64,000 nt of DNA from Gekko japonicus. Taxonomy: Eukaryota. Of this stretch, positions 37,013-49,188 are shown piece by piece. The DNA is taken from the NCBI RefSeq assembly GCF_001447785.1, contig NW_015165859.1:328664-392663 (forward strand), given 5' to 3'. The position numbers and the translations under genes were made by a program. Numbering within the stretch: position 1 is the first letter of the stretch; the number at the start of each line of letters is the position of its first letter. The notes beneath the pieces are model-generated. The model made no database searches, was not told where the DNA came from, and saw nothing but the letters and a program-made list of their open reading frames with translations.

Positions 37013-37997
37013 CAAACAAGAGTCCAGCAGCCCAGACAAGACCCCTTTTATCCCCCCCATACACACAGAGCACCATACAGACACTCTATTATTCACCCAC
37101 CCACCCACTTCATTAAAAAAATCAAGAGTTTGACACAAAATCAAGCTTTGGTTGCTAGCAGTAAACATGGAGTTACATTCGTTTTGTCTCCTAATACACA
37201 ATCACACGGCCACTCAAGAAGTCCTTGCCCCCCTCCCCCCCCAATACATTCAGTGCTTCCTAGCAGTCTACAGTGACCCTGAGTGCAAGTGGGCTTTTAA
37301 CCTGCCTGCGATTCACACTGTTTACCCTTAATGCATAGTGTCCATTGCTGGCTAAACACTGCCTGTTCCAAGCAGTGATTTATTTGCAAGACCAAGTGGG
37401 CAGGAATTCTAGGCACCTTTTACAATCCCTGGAATTACTGACCTAACATGCCCCAAGCTTAGAGAGGCTGCAGTCAATCCACCCTCACCCCTATTGCAAG
37501 AGAGCTAGGGAAAACAACCCTCCTGCATGCAATGTTGACTTGCCAATCTTGAGCTGTTGTTTCAAAAGCCCAACGATCCCCTTGGTCCTAGGAAGAGATG
37601 GGAAGGGGGCTTTTGAGAACATCACCAGTTTTCACATGGCAAAGCTGCAAAGAGGTGAGGGACAGAGGATCCCCCACCCTGTGCAAATGCCTTATAATGA
37701 GCTTTGGCTATTTTCCCCCTTAAATTTTGTAAACAATCATCAACAGGAAACTGAAAAGGAAGCAGAAAGATTTATGCTAGGATATTTGCACATACTATGC
37801 CCACAAGAAAGGGACCAGGGTATGGGGGGAAATTCTACTTGAGTCTTTAAAAGAGAGACAAAATTAGAAGGGACAGTATTTTTAACTTTTGATTCACACC
37901 CTGGGGGAAATCAACCTACCTACAGTCAACCCAGTGAAAGGTATGTTTGTGAATGCATTCTATTGCATTTGGCCCCACTGACACAGAGAAGTTATCC

Positions 37998-38005
37998 TGA
38001 GGTAG
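37998..38005 (-). promoter_or_regulatory. let-7 8mer target site (CTACCTCA)
   Basis: Plus strand TGAGGTAGATAGG; mRNA CCTATCTACCTCA. Confidence 0.5.
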
Positions 38006-38518
38006 ATAGGCAAAGAATCCTACAGCAGTTTCAGAACTAATGCCCTGGATACGTCATCACCTGAATTTACTTTCTCCTTCAAGGCAGGAAACATGAGAGG
38101 GAGAAACAGCGCTCCCAACAAGAGAAATGAGAATATCTGGTATATCTTAATATCTCAGATTTGATTGCTTGGCTCTGTGACTAACAATAATATTAAATCC
38201 CGAGCCTGCAATCAAAAGCATTTCTTCCTTAGCAAAGCATTAATAGTCAGCACAGCAAGGAAAAGCACAAGGAACTATGATGGGAGCTAGGAAATCTGTG
38301 TAACTGTGCATATAGAAATGAAAATCACTAGATATTCAAAGTGGCTTGACCTTTCAGGGGGACATTGGGCCATGTGGCAGTTGGCTAATGCATCAGAGAT
38401 CAAAGATGCATGTGTCCCACTTTTTAAAACCTTCTTCTCAAGATCTTTTACTCAGATCCACATGAACAGTTAGGACAATGCTTGTGCTCCAAATTGCAAG
38501 ATCTTACTCTATCCTAAC

Positions 38519-38724
38519 CAATGTTCCCTCTAAGCTGTGGAGTCTTGTGAGCAAAAATTCTACCTTGTGAGCTACTGGCATTACAGTTGTGAGCGAGCAA
38601 TTTGGCTCCTACATAACTTCGTTTGCTCTGGAGCCGTCCTTCCTGAGCTAAGACAAAAATGTGTGAGCCGGAGGCTAAAAAACTGTGAGCTGGCTCACAC
38701 TCACTCAGCTTAGAGGGAACACTG
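38519..38724. mobile_element. hAT MITE within the putative LIN28A 3'UTR
   Basis: 19-bp TIRs; perfect 8-bp TSD ATCCTAAC. Confidence 0.9.
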
Positions 38725-39831
38725 ATCCTAACCTCAGTTCTTGCCTCAGGTTTGGGGAAACCAGCTTTACCTGTATCCTGTCCACTGCAACACTTTTCAG
38801 ACATTGTGACACCAGGAGCCAACCAGCCACTCACAACAGGCATATATACAATCTGTGATCCTCCTGATAAGACTCAAGTCACAATGTTGTATGAAGAGGA
38901 CAACATGCATATTTACCTTGTGCATACAGCCTCATCAAGGGTCAACATGGTCCCCGAAAACTCCAGGTCAGTTCGCACATTCCAAGGTTGTACACACATG
39001 GTAAATATGCATGTTGCCCATTGTTCACACAACATGGTAACCATGCATACTGAAAGGACCCGGCTAGTGGGTTCCTGGCATGTGTTATTGTAACATCTGA
39101 AAAGCCCTAATGTTAACTATCATTTCCTACCCTAAACAAAAGTCACCCTGCATGCTGAAGGGAACTCCTGAAACACTGGCTCCTCGGTCCCTTCCTGTTG
39201 GGGACTTTGCGTGGCTCCACACCTCAGAAGTACCACTCATTGCCAGAGGCATCCAATGGTTCCTTCTTATTTTTTGAAAAAGGAGGCACTATGCTGTTCC
39301 TTTCTCAACTCCTAGGATCCCGAGGAGAAGGGAAGCTGCCAAGCATGACATGTTATTTCTACTATGGGTCACTTAAAGGTAGCTGTAATGGCAGCTCACT
39401 TTGGCTTCAGTTTCACAATGCACCTGGTAGAAGTGGTGGACCCAAGTGTCAGCATGTCAAGGCAACATTTTTGCATTACCACTTGAAGGTTCTGTTTGGG
39501 GGGAACAACTCACCTGGGTACGAACAACAAAACAGCAAGTCCTGACTATCAATTCCTAGCCATAGTGGTGAGAATGAAAAGGAATTAACAGAAGAGATAC
39601 ACCCGAAGCAGCTTGAGATTTGGAGGAACCATTCATTGGTACGTCTTTGGCTACAACAATTCACTCCACTTGAGACATTATTAATGAGGCTTCACTACAA
39701 GAAGACGCTCCAGAAACCTGGGATTTCTCAGTAACATGGGCACAGAAGAATGAGAGACAGTGGGGATGATACAGAAAGGCAGTCCAAAACATTCTGGATG
39801 CTGAAGGTGGAAATTCAAATTGCACCCTAGC

Positions 39832-40103
39832 TAGGGTTGCCAAGTGGTTTTTGAGCCGCAGCGGGGGACTCCCGGCTGGCGGCTGGAGTGCGCGCGCACC
39901 GCACGCACGTCACCTGGAAGTGACATGACGCCGCTGGGCATGCTGGGGGCGGGGCCACGACCATAGAGTTTCCCCTCGGATGACCTTGGCCCCGCCCCCA
40001 GCGTGCCAGGCGTGGTCACGTCACTTCCAGGTGACGTACACATCGGGGAACGGGCCTCTGGGGCAGGGGTTTCCCCGCCCCCCGGGGGGACTTGGCAAGC
40101 CTA
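39832..40103. mobile_element. CpG-rich hAT MITE within the putative LIN28A 3'UTR
   Basis: TIR TAGGGTTGCCAAGT / ACTTGGCAAGCCTA; perfect 8-bp TSD ACCCTAGC. Confidence 0.9.
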
Positions 40104-40904
40104 ACCCTAGCAAAAATAGGACACCTACAAATTCTCCAGTGCAAACCTCATTGAAAGGAAATAGTTGAAAAATACCCTAGCAGATATCTTTAATGAGGCA
40201 TGTGCCAGAGAATTTCCCTGACAGAGTGGGCATCCAATGTCTAAGAGGCCTTGTTTCTCACTCTGCCACCCTCCGATGGTGGCTCAGATCTGTTGCCCCA
40301 CCTTGCCTGACAGAAGGATCACCCTTGAGAAGAACCACCAGCAACCCTTTCAAGTTTTCACAAGGGTGGAAGAACTGGATTATGGCATGGAAAGAGATGA
40401 GATGAAAATGTGCCTAGCCAGTGAAGAGACAGCAAGAGAGATGTTGAAAGTCTTAAGAATGGATGGATGTTTAGGAGGAGACACTGTCAAGGAACAAACT
40501 CTGGTGGAACATGGATGTCCAACCTTCAGGCCTCTTTGCCGTGCCTTTCCCTCAGCAACCAGACTTAATTTTTATCCAGGGAATAGTCCAAGCACACAAT
40601 TCAGCAGAGAGAAAAAAAACTCTTTTAAAATGGATGAGGATTTGAAATGACCATGCAGGGCAAAATTCTTACTGGATCCAGCCCTGCCTCAGCTCTTCTG
40701 TCTCCATGCAAACACAATGGGGGGGGGGGGGCAGAAGATTCTGTTTAAAATACAGTGTCTAAAAACATCAAACAGATGTCAAGATGGAGCTACAGTTTTA
40801 AAAACACAGACTTCTTCTTTGTGCTGTACAATTAACAATGCCCCAAATTTAAAAACTGTACGATTCCACTCTGTCCAGCCCCAGAAGCTACCGAGGTTCT
40901 TCCA

Positions 40905-40912
40905 TCCCTGAG
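40905..40912 (-). promoter_or_regulatory. miR-125/lin-4 8mer site (CTCAGGGA) in the conserved UTR block
   Basis: mRNA TTCTCAGGTATTCTCAAACATCTCAGGGAT; miR-125/lin-4 regulation of lin-28 is established. Confidence 0.75.
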
Positions 40913-42334
40913 ATGTTTGAGAATACCTGAGAATACATTGCAGTAATGTCCTTTTTTTTTCTTTTTTTTTCTTCCTTTTTTTAAACTCTTAAAGATTAAA
41001 ATATACAAAAATACAAAACAGAATATTTATATTTTTTAAAAATCCAACAAACATGGACGATAAAGAAGAACGAACCCACAGATACGTCATTCGCACACAT
41101 CGTAGTGCAGGTTTTTACATCACGTTGGCTTCAGAGCAGGTGGGGATCCCCTCCCGTGTCTCGCACGGCAAGTCCAGCTGTCCGCAGGAGCAAAATAAAT
41201 TAAAGGCAGAGGCGGGGAAAGCAGGTAAGGGACGGGAGCAGCAGCTCTTTTTTTTTTTTTTACTTAATGGGTTAGAATTTAAACACAATACCAGGAAAGA
41301 CTCAAAACTCACAGCCCTTGTGCTTGAAATTGGTATTGTGGGCTGTGCAGACTGGAGACTTTTGGGAAACAAACAGTGCCAAAGATAAACTGAGTTGGTC
41401 AGTAGACATTTGTCTGCTTGTTTTTAAATTATCACCTCAGAGGAAAGGGGCAACACTAAAAACGAGGACAGTCTAGGGACACATCCTCAGGTCTGCTTGG
41501 GCAGTAAGCCTGTTAAAGAAGTAGTGACTGGCCTGATGCGCGAATGAGTTTCTGAGAGACTATTTTCTCAGCATACACTCAAAAAAGCAACCAGCATTTC
41601 CTCAAAAGCCTCAGACCTGACATGGGCAAGATGAAGCCCAATTCAGGTACAGGAGGAAGAGAGTTTAACTGATCTCTGTCACCTGGAGATCAAGTCTAAT
41701 TTCCCAGAGAACTCCAGGCCCCAGCTGGAAGCTAGCAAACCTACACTTGGATGGAAAATTGATGAGTCCCAATATGGCTTGTGGTCCCTAGAAATGTGAA
41801 CTTTTAGATAGGGTCCCAGTGGTTGGGTCCCCCAAACCCTTTAATTCCTCAGGGCCTGAGATTTCATAAAGCCTTCCCAACTGTTTGAGTGAGTCAAAAA
41901 GAGTATTAACATTAAAAAAAAAAAATCCTTCCCCCCACCAGCCTCCCAAACCAAGTGTGGCTTTGCATATTTCCATTTGAAATGCAGCCCCGAAGGGCAG
42001 GATGGTCCAGATTTGTTCAGCTTTGGCATTTGTTCTTGGAACAGTCTTCGGGTTAGTCAAGAAAGCAAAGATGCCACCACCTCCCTCTTTCTTGGCTCTG
42101 AACATTTTCTGAAGCAGAAAACAGGCTGTGGACCAACATAACAGTTTTTTCTGGACTTCCTGACCTTTTCCCCTTTGTGCCAAACTCTTAAAGAGATTCA
42201 AAAGCTGCTGCCCCCTTGTCCAGTACCTGCCCCCACAAAACCTGGAGGCAGAAGCTGTTCACTGCTCCCCCTTCTTTGCTGACTTGATGCCCTGAAGCCC
42301 CAGTGATCCAGTAGCTCCAACTGATTTCCCAGCA

Positions 42335-42548
42335 TCATTCCCTGGTTTCGGGAAGAAGGGGTGAGCTGTGCATATCTTCATCCTCCCGGAAGTAGGCGGG
42401 CTTTCCCTGAGAACTGGGGGATTGCTGTATTTTGACAGGGCAGTTGGCAACCATGTGGGTGATGCTTTGGCAGAAGTGGCATTTCTTTGGCTGAGGTGGA
42501 AGCTTGCATTCTTTGGCATGATGATCCAGACCACCGCAGTTGTAACAT
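42335..42548 (-). CDS. LIN28A: LIN28A last coding exon: two CCHC zinc knuckles and C-terminus
   Basis: Acceptor ttctag|A; (R)CYNCGGLDHHAKECKLPPQPKKCHFCQSITHMVANCP...REDEDMHSSPLLPETRE*; the short tail is typical of LIN28A. Confidence 0.97.
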
Positions 42549-44650
42549 CTAGAAGGGCAACAACAGAAGAGGAAAAAGTTAAGACTGCAGAACCCTATAA
42601 CCACCTCTTTTCTAAAACATGGGGGGGGGGGGAATCACAATAAATTGTGGAACAAAATTTCACTTTGTGTTTCAGATTGTTGTTATACATACATACATAC
42701 GTTATATGCATACATACATACGAATGTATTCTTCTATTGATTTATGATTGTGATTTAGAATACTGATGTCTGTTTACATGTGGTTGTAATGATCCTATAT
42801 TTCAATTAGATAGTATTTTCTTGCATAGGTGAAATTTGACTTTTTGTCTCTGGGGAGTTTTTCCAGTTTTCTGCCAGTTGATTCCTCCTTGCTTTGTTTA
42901 ATTATTATTTACAAGGAGCAGGTCTTGTGGGATAATAGCACTCTCTATATGGAACCTCCTGCCAAAACTGCTAGTTTCCTCTTCTCAAAGGCATAATCAA
43001 TTGTTCAGGAGGGCCTCTGAAAAGGAGTTGGCATAGCCCTCTAAGAGCTCTCCCTGCGTCAACCAACTAAACAGCTTGGGACCAGGATACTTGAAGGACT
43101 GTATTCTCCCATATTAATCAGCCCTTCAGTTAAAATTGGCATCTGGCCCTCATCTTTCAAATCAAGCAGAAGGTCAGACACAGAGACGTCTCTGTGTTAG
43201 TACCTCAGCCGATGAATATTCCCCCCTACCCTCACTGGTTTGTTTGCACCTAGTTTTTAAAGTTTTATTTGCCCAGATTTTTGGATGATTCCATGTTGTG
43301 TCTATGGTGTTTTTGCCCTTTGTATTCAGATAGTCTGAATAATAGCTATTGAATTTAGTGTAATGGATGCTTGCTTTTTCCTGCTGGTAAAGCAGCCTAA
43401 TTTATTCATTTCAACCTACTGTCGGCTTACGTGTTTTTAAGCATGACTTTCTGCTTTCTTAATTTTATTACCTAGCTGGGTTTAATTTTTTTTTGTGTGT
43501 GCACCATATGCCGCTTTGGATACTTGTTTTGGAGATTCTATCTTAATGTAGGTAAATTGATTGATAAAGCAAATCTGGGAGCAGCTCATGCGTGCATGCA
43601 TAAATGCAGTTTTCTCCCCCATTCTAGAAGCTTGTAAAAATCAACTGAATGCTTTTATAGCAAGTGGAAAGTACACAGCTACACCACCAGAGGGCAACTG
43701 TGCTCTTCCACCATACTGTGAACTGTTTAAAACAGGAGAGATCCTGCCTATTAGAATCTGCTAAAGAAAGGCAAAACCTGAACTTGTTTACTCTCTCGCA
43801 CCAGGGCCCTCTCCTTGTGAGGAAGGATCACGGCCCAAGAGCAGAGTGCAGGTTTACATGCACAAGTCCCAAGCTGAATTCCATGACATATGCATGATTT
43901 TGGATAGCAAATTTAGCTAATGATCATAGACAGCCACTGGTAGTCAGAGGAGACAATACTAAGCTAGGTTGGACCAGTGTGTCACTCTGCTGAAGGCATA
44001 CATCTCTCTAAGACACACGGCTGTTGGAAGAGTCTCTTCCCGAGCAGCACAATCTAACTGCACAAAGGGATTTTTTTTTTTTTTGCTAGAGAAAAGCTAC
44101 CAACCAGCCATGCGGCTCCACCCTGCAGACACATGGCTCACAGAATGGGAGTATTGGTCCATGCTATTCAGCCCCCAGGGTGTTTCCGACCTCTGACCTT
44201 TTCCTCTTGAGTTTTGGGCTCTTTTCCTGGAAATTTGCCTCTGCTGCTTATTTTATAAAAGGGAGAGGGAAGCCTCTTATGCAAAGGAAGGGCCACTGAC
44301 CAACGACCACCCAGAGGAGGGAGCTGTGGCAAATCTTGGAGTATGATAACCAAACTGAAGCAGAGTCAGTCATCTCTGGTCTTAAGAGTAAGAAGCCAGG
44401 GGACACTCTTCCTGCCTGGGAGCATGTAGGTTCTAACTACAGAACTGCCAGGGTTCTGTTTGTGCCTGTGTGTGAATTCCATCAGCCCAGCAAGAAATGT
44501 CAACTGTAGTACTGGGTGCCACATCTTCAGAATCTTCTTCCTTAGCCAGCAGTCCAGCCCGAAGTCAAAGGTGGTGTAATGTATCCTATCATTTCAGCAT
44601 ACTGCCACATCTTTCTTCTGCACATGTGAACCAGGTCTAAATCTCTTCCC

Positions 44651-44986
44651 TAGGTTTGCCAGGTCCTTACCTCGTGCTAGCGGGAAGTGGGAGGGAGCTT
44701 TCGGGGAGTGGGGGGCAGGGTGATGTCGCCACATGCGACGTCCCCAATGTGATAATGTCATGCGGCGATGCTCTGGTTTTTGGGCAACCTCTATGGTAAA
44801 ACTGAGCTCAAACCATAGAGTTTTCCCAAAAACCAGAGCGTCGCTGTGTGACACCCCCGCCGTGACATCATCAAGTCAGGGACATCACTGTTGGGGGCTG
44901 AGCTTCCCCCCCCCGCTGGCCAGCGATGGGCAGGAGCCCACAAAATTAGGGGATCCCCCACTTCCACCTGGGGACTGGCAACCCTA
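44651..44986. mobile_element. hAT MITE in LIN28A intron 3
   Basis: TAGGTTTGCCAG / CTGGCAACCCTA; TSD CTCTTCCC / CTCTCCCC. Confidence 0.8.
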
Positions 44987-45179
44987 CTCTCCCCTGACAA
45001 AGCAGGAGTCTTACCCGCAATGGCCTAGTGCAGTAATTCCCAGTGTGGTGCTTCTGGGTGCCATGGAGCCCACCAATGTGTTTCCTAGCACCCACTGGCT
45101 TCTCCCACAAAGCATCTCAAAAAGGGGGGGAACCTTTGTGCCTGCAAGGAGCTTCAGAAGAACCTGGGTGGCACACTTA

Positions 45180-45803
45180 GGGTGCGTTCAGACGGGGCAT
45201 TTGCAACGGAATAGGTGCCGGTTGGAATCGGTGTACTTACTGGCGTTCACATGGCGAACATCTGCCTTCGTCCCTAACCGTTGCAAAGAGCTTTACACCG
45301 TTGTATTCTGCCACTAGGTCCCCAAGTGGTGGTATCCTGAATGCAACGGTTGTAATCGCTTTACCCCCGTCTGATCGCTCTCCAGTGTTGCAGAGCCACT
45401 TCCGTTCAGAAGCCTGAGGCTTCCGATTTTCGCCCACCATTTTTTTTTAAAGGTCGGCGATATGCGCTTGGGCGAAGCTTCACCCTGGCGTTTGTTTTTT
45501 TAAAAAAGAAAAGGTCCTTAGTTTAACGTTTCAGAGGAGTCCGGGACTTCAGGGAGGCCAGTTTAAATGTAAGATGGGGGTTTTGCGCATGCGCAAAGAT
45601 CGCCATTCTGGGGATGGCTGCCTATGCGCATGCTCAAACTGAGTTTTTAAAAAAAACGCCGACGCCCTCTGCATGTGAACGGGCATACAGCAATGGGCTC
45701 CGCAGACAGGAGGTAAGTGTGATCACGTTTCAGCCGGCATAAACTGCACCGGTTCCAACCGGTACAGTTTATGCCCGCTGAAACGCCCCGTCTGAACGCA
45801 CCC
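45180..45803. mobile_element. PIF/Harbinger MITE in LIN28A intron 3
   Basis: Perfect 19-bp TIR GGGTGCGTTCAGACGGGGC; TTA TSD. Confidence 0.88.
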
Positions 45804-46105
45804 TTAGTGTGTTCAGGGAACACTCACTCAGAAACAGCTGCCTCCATCGTAGGAGGATGCTTGGCTTGGAACTGTCCAAGATTTTGTGAATGCTTATCTT
45901 GTGAATGCTTTCAATGTTTTGTGATTCGTCTCTCCCACTCCATTGAAGCCATTTTCTTGTGGCATTCAATCTGTTCCCAAAATTCCAAGAGTGCCCTACG
46001 GGTTCTATGAGGCTGGGGGCTTCTGGCCTAATGCAGGTGATTCTCCACCTAAAAAACATGACGCAGCTGTCTCCCTACTTACTAACTACCTGGCTGAAGT
46101 CTCAC

Positions 46106-46290
46106 CTGTCTCCTTTTGACCGGCGTTTCTGGAGGTTCTTGCCCTTCGGCCTCCTCTCACTGCCAATACAGAACACTCCCCCTGGACCAGTCACTCGGAT
46201 GGACTCCAAACCCTTGGAAGATTTCTTGAAGGTGAACTCAACAGCTTCTCCTTCCTTCAGGCTGCGAAAACCTTCCATGTGCAGCTTGCT
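46106..46290 (-). CDS. LIN28A: LIN28A exon 3 (185 nt): C-terminal half of the cold-shock domain and basic linker
   Basis: ccccag|AGC...GACAG|gtgag; SKLHMEGFRSLKEGEAVEFTFKKSSKGLESIRVTGPGGVFCIGSERRPKGKNLQKRRSKGD(R); splices in frame to exon 4; missed by the ORF track. Confidence 0.97.
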
Positions 46291-46824
46291 CTGGGGCCCA
46301 GAAAATAAGAGGGGGGGTTAACTGTAGCAGAAGTTATGAAGGAAGACAGAAAGGTGTGTGGGGGGGGGGAAGCAACACAGTCTTGCCAGGACAAAGAGGA
46401 CAACTTCCAATGGTTATCTAGGGGCCACCAGAGAGGAAAAAAGGAAGTAGCCAGAGACCCCTGCATCAAGCCCAGAGTCAACTCTAATGATGGAAGTGGC
46501 TAATATTTGCTCTTAGAAGCTGGAAGACCCTCAGGACTGCAGAGTGGATACTGAAGCAATATCTGTTTGCCGGCACATTATTACTTTTGTGCATTTGGTG
46601 GGGGGGGGGGATTTTGTAAGCTGCCTTGAAATCAATATATAGCAAATGAGGGGGACTCTTGGGAACATCTCCACAAGCTACATAAGATCTGAGCTGAGCT
46701 TGTGTTTCTCTTCTTGCTACAGGTATTTAAGCCTGTGCATGGTCAGAGGCATGAGCTTTTTGGTAACAGTCTGAAGGGCTCCTCTTAGTCCATGGCTCGC
46801 ACTCTGTTACTTAGAGAGGTGATA

Positions 46825-47240
46825 ATGTTTATTGTTTACAGCCAAATGCTGTTACAATCAATCACAAAAGAGCATAAAAGATAAGTCATAAATAACATTA
46901 AAATAACCAGATCTGAAAGTGCTTATCACGTTAAAACTTTTCACAGTTCAGATACTATTTTAGCCCGTCCTTTCTTGGCTGCCAAGGCTAAGGACGACAC
47001 TCCAGGTAAGAGAAGAAAGATCAGCTTCTCTGCCTCCAAGGAAGGGTTTAAGTCCTTCAAGAGCACTGTGAGAAATTTAATTCTAGGCTCCGTATAAAGG
47101 GGGCAAGGCAGAACATAAAGTGGCAGATCCTCCCAAACTGGAGCTCCACAAATGCAGTCTCTTTCTGGGAGCAGTGACTAGCGTGACCCAGTCCAGTGGA
47201 TCCAGAACCAGTCCCAGCTGTTGTTTATTTGTACTTTTGT
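46825..47240 (-). mobile_element. RTE-X-like LINE 3' remnant
   Basis: CICGAPVWEDLPLYVLPCPLY zinc-knuckle-like C-terminus; AATAAA near the end. Confidence 0.5.
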
Positions 47241-48053
47241 AAGATCCTTTGGGTCCCCTTGGGACCCTAATTAGCTATATAAATAAATACATGGTGGGAA
47301 AGCAGGGCAGAGTAAAAAAAAATGTTGATAGAAGACAGAGTCATGCTTTTTCCTGGATTCTGCTATGGAAGCATGACAGCCACACTTTTGAACCCTGAGA
47401 CAAGAATAAGATGTGGCATCTCAGTGGCACACCACACATGCATAAGAACCCAGGTGCCTGCAATAACCTCCATTGAGTCTGAAACACATTATTTTTCACT
47501 GTCCACAGCAAGCAAGTGCACTTTTAAAGAAGGAATTTTGGAGCCAGGAAAGGGTCATGGGCTGGGGGGGAGGGGGGAAGAGAGAGAACCAGTCTTCTCA
47601 TGCCCTTTACCGAAGTTCTGCTTACGGGTTATACAAGCTAAACTTGATTTGAGAGGCAGCCATAATGTGCCTCTAACTGGGAATTCAAATTACCATTTTT
47701 GTAGATTCCCCTGCCTTGTAAAAAGGCTCTCTTGCAAGAAATGTCAAAGGAATTTTACTGCCTAATGCAGAATATCCCAATTGCCCCACTGCTGAATCAC
47801 AGGGCCACAATAAAACTCTGAAAAACATGACATTAAAAAAATATATCAATGCATGCCCTATGAATGAAGTGGAGAATCTATTCTGCCAGAGATACAGAAC
47901 GGCAGGGGAGGAATACAGCTGGTCACAGAGATCTCATCCATGGTCCTGATTCCACAAACATGCTTCTTGAAACTTTATGGTTTTGGTTGTGAAATAATTG
48001 TTTTTTAATTGCTGTTTAAATTTCCAGTGGCCCAACATGGTTTAGATTGACAC

Positions 48054-48456
48054 CAGGGCTTTTTTTGTAGGAAAAGCCCAGCAGGAACTCATTAGCATAA
48101 TAGGCCACACCCAACAGCAGAAACTCATTCGCCTATTCGGCCACACCCCTGACAGCACAGCTCATTGGCATATTAGGCCACACCCCCATGTTACCAGAAG
48201 TGTGCTCATCCAGTCACACCCACCTTTTGCTTCTTATTCTGTTTACCTTGTTTGTTGTCAAAACCCAGGGCCTTTTTTGTAGCAGGAACTCCTTTGCATA
48301 TTAGGCCACACACCCCTAATGTAGCCAATCCAAATGAGTTTCTGCTGTTGGGTGTGGCCTATTATGCTAATGAGTTCCTGCTGGGCGTGGCCAACTCGGG
48401 AGCCAGCCGGAACTCCGTTCCTGTGCATTCCTGCCTCCTGCCCCAAAATAGCCCTG
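48054..48456. mobile_element. Two hAT-type MITE pieces with repeated ATTAGCAT/TTTGCAT units
   Basis: CAGGGCTTTTTTGTAG ends and an AAAATAGCCCTG end; related to 20285-20386 and 53429-53520. Confidence 0.6.
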
Positions 48457-49173
48457 ATTGACACCATCAAGGCTCTTACAGGAGAGTGAATATCTTGCAT
48501 AACATATAGAGTATTTACATAGAGACCACCCTGCCTTTCCTTTCCCTGGTACAATTCCAAACAGCAGAAACGAGAGCACAGTTTTGCTCAGCTACAAAAT
48601 CCAAAGGGAACCTGCAGCGTATGGAGAGTGGAGCCCATCTCAGTGGCGTGCCTGTTGTAGACTCCTCTGGGCTGGTTTGTGTGTGAATGTCAAGCTGCCC
48701 TTATAGATTCCTCCCATATTGGTCCATCTAGCTAAATACTCTTTTCCTTGACTGGCAGTGGCTCCAAAGGGTATTTTTTGGCAGAGGTGCCTTGCTGCCC
48801 CAGATCCTTTTTTTAGAGAATGTCAGGAAAAGAATTCTCAACTTGCAGCATGCAAGGCATGAACTACAGCTCCCTCCTAGCATGGAATACCAAGAAACAA
48901 CACTCAGTGAGCCATCCCTGATTAAAACTATGGGAAGAATTCTCATATTATTGAACATCATCTTAAATGCAATACTTTGCAGCCAAGTTAATTCAAACAT
49001 ACAATGAGAGGTCAAGCAATGGAAATATATGCCAGAACCCCTTAACTCTATTATACACACCCATGTGGTGGGGGGGGGGGGAGTTGTCCCAAGAGGCTAT
49101 TGAACTGGAACACATTTGCAAATCTGACAGTTTCATCAGGCCTTAATCATGAAGATTATAAACAGTAATCACG

Positions 49174-49188
49174 CATTGTCATGCAAAT
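49174..49188 (+). promoter_or_regulatory. SOX-OCT composite motif (candidate LIN28A intronic enhancer)
   Basis: CATTGTCATGCAAAT matches the canonical SOX2-POU5F1 composite consensus; CCCCACCC at 49233-49240. Confidence 0.55.

Larger units (their letters stand above)
36870..42334 (-). other. LIN28A: Putative long LIN28A 3'UTR
   Basis: Follows the stop codon; the block at 40905-41300 resembles the mammalian LIN28A UTR as I recall it; distal miRNA seed sites; the end point is inferred. Confidence 0.55.

Noticed and set aside
37998-38020. let-7 miRNA gene on the plus strand (TGAGGTAGATAGG)
   Set aside because: The match ends after about 12 nt and I see no precursor hairpin; better read as a target site on the minus strand
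42335-46290. Assignment as LIN28B
   Set aside because: GVFCIG, KRRSKGDR, KECKL, CHFCQ and the short C-terminus match LIN28A; LIN28B has a long tail
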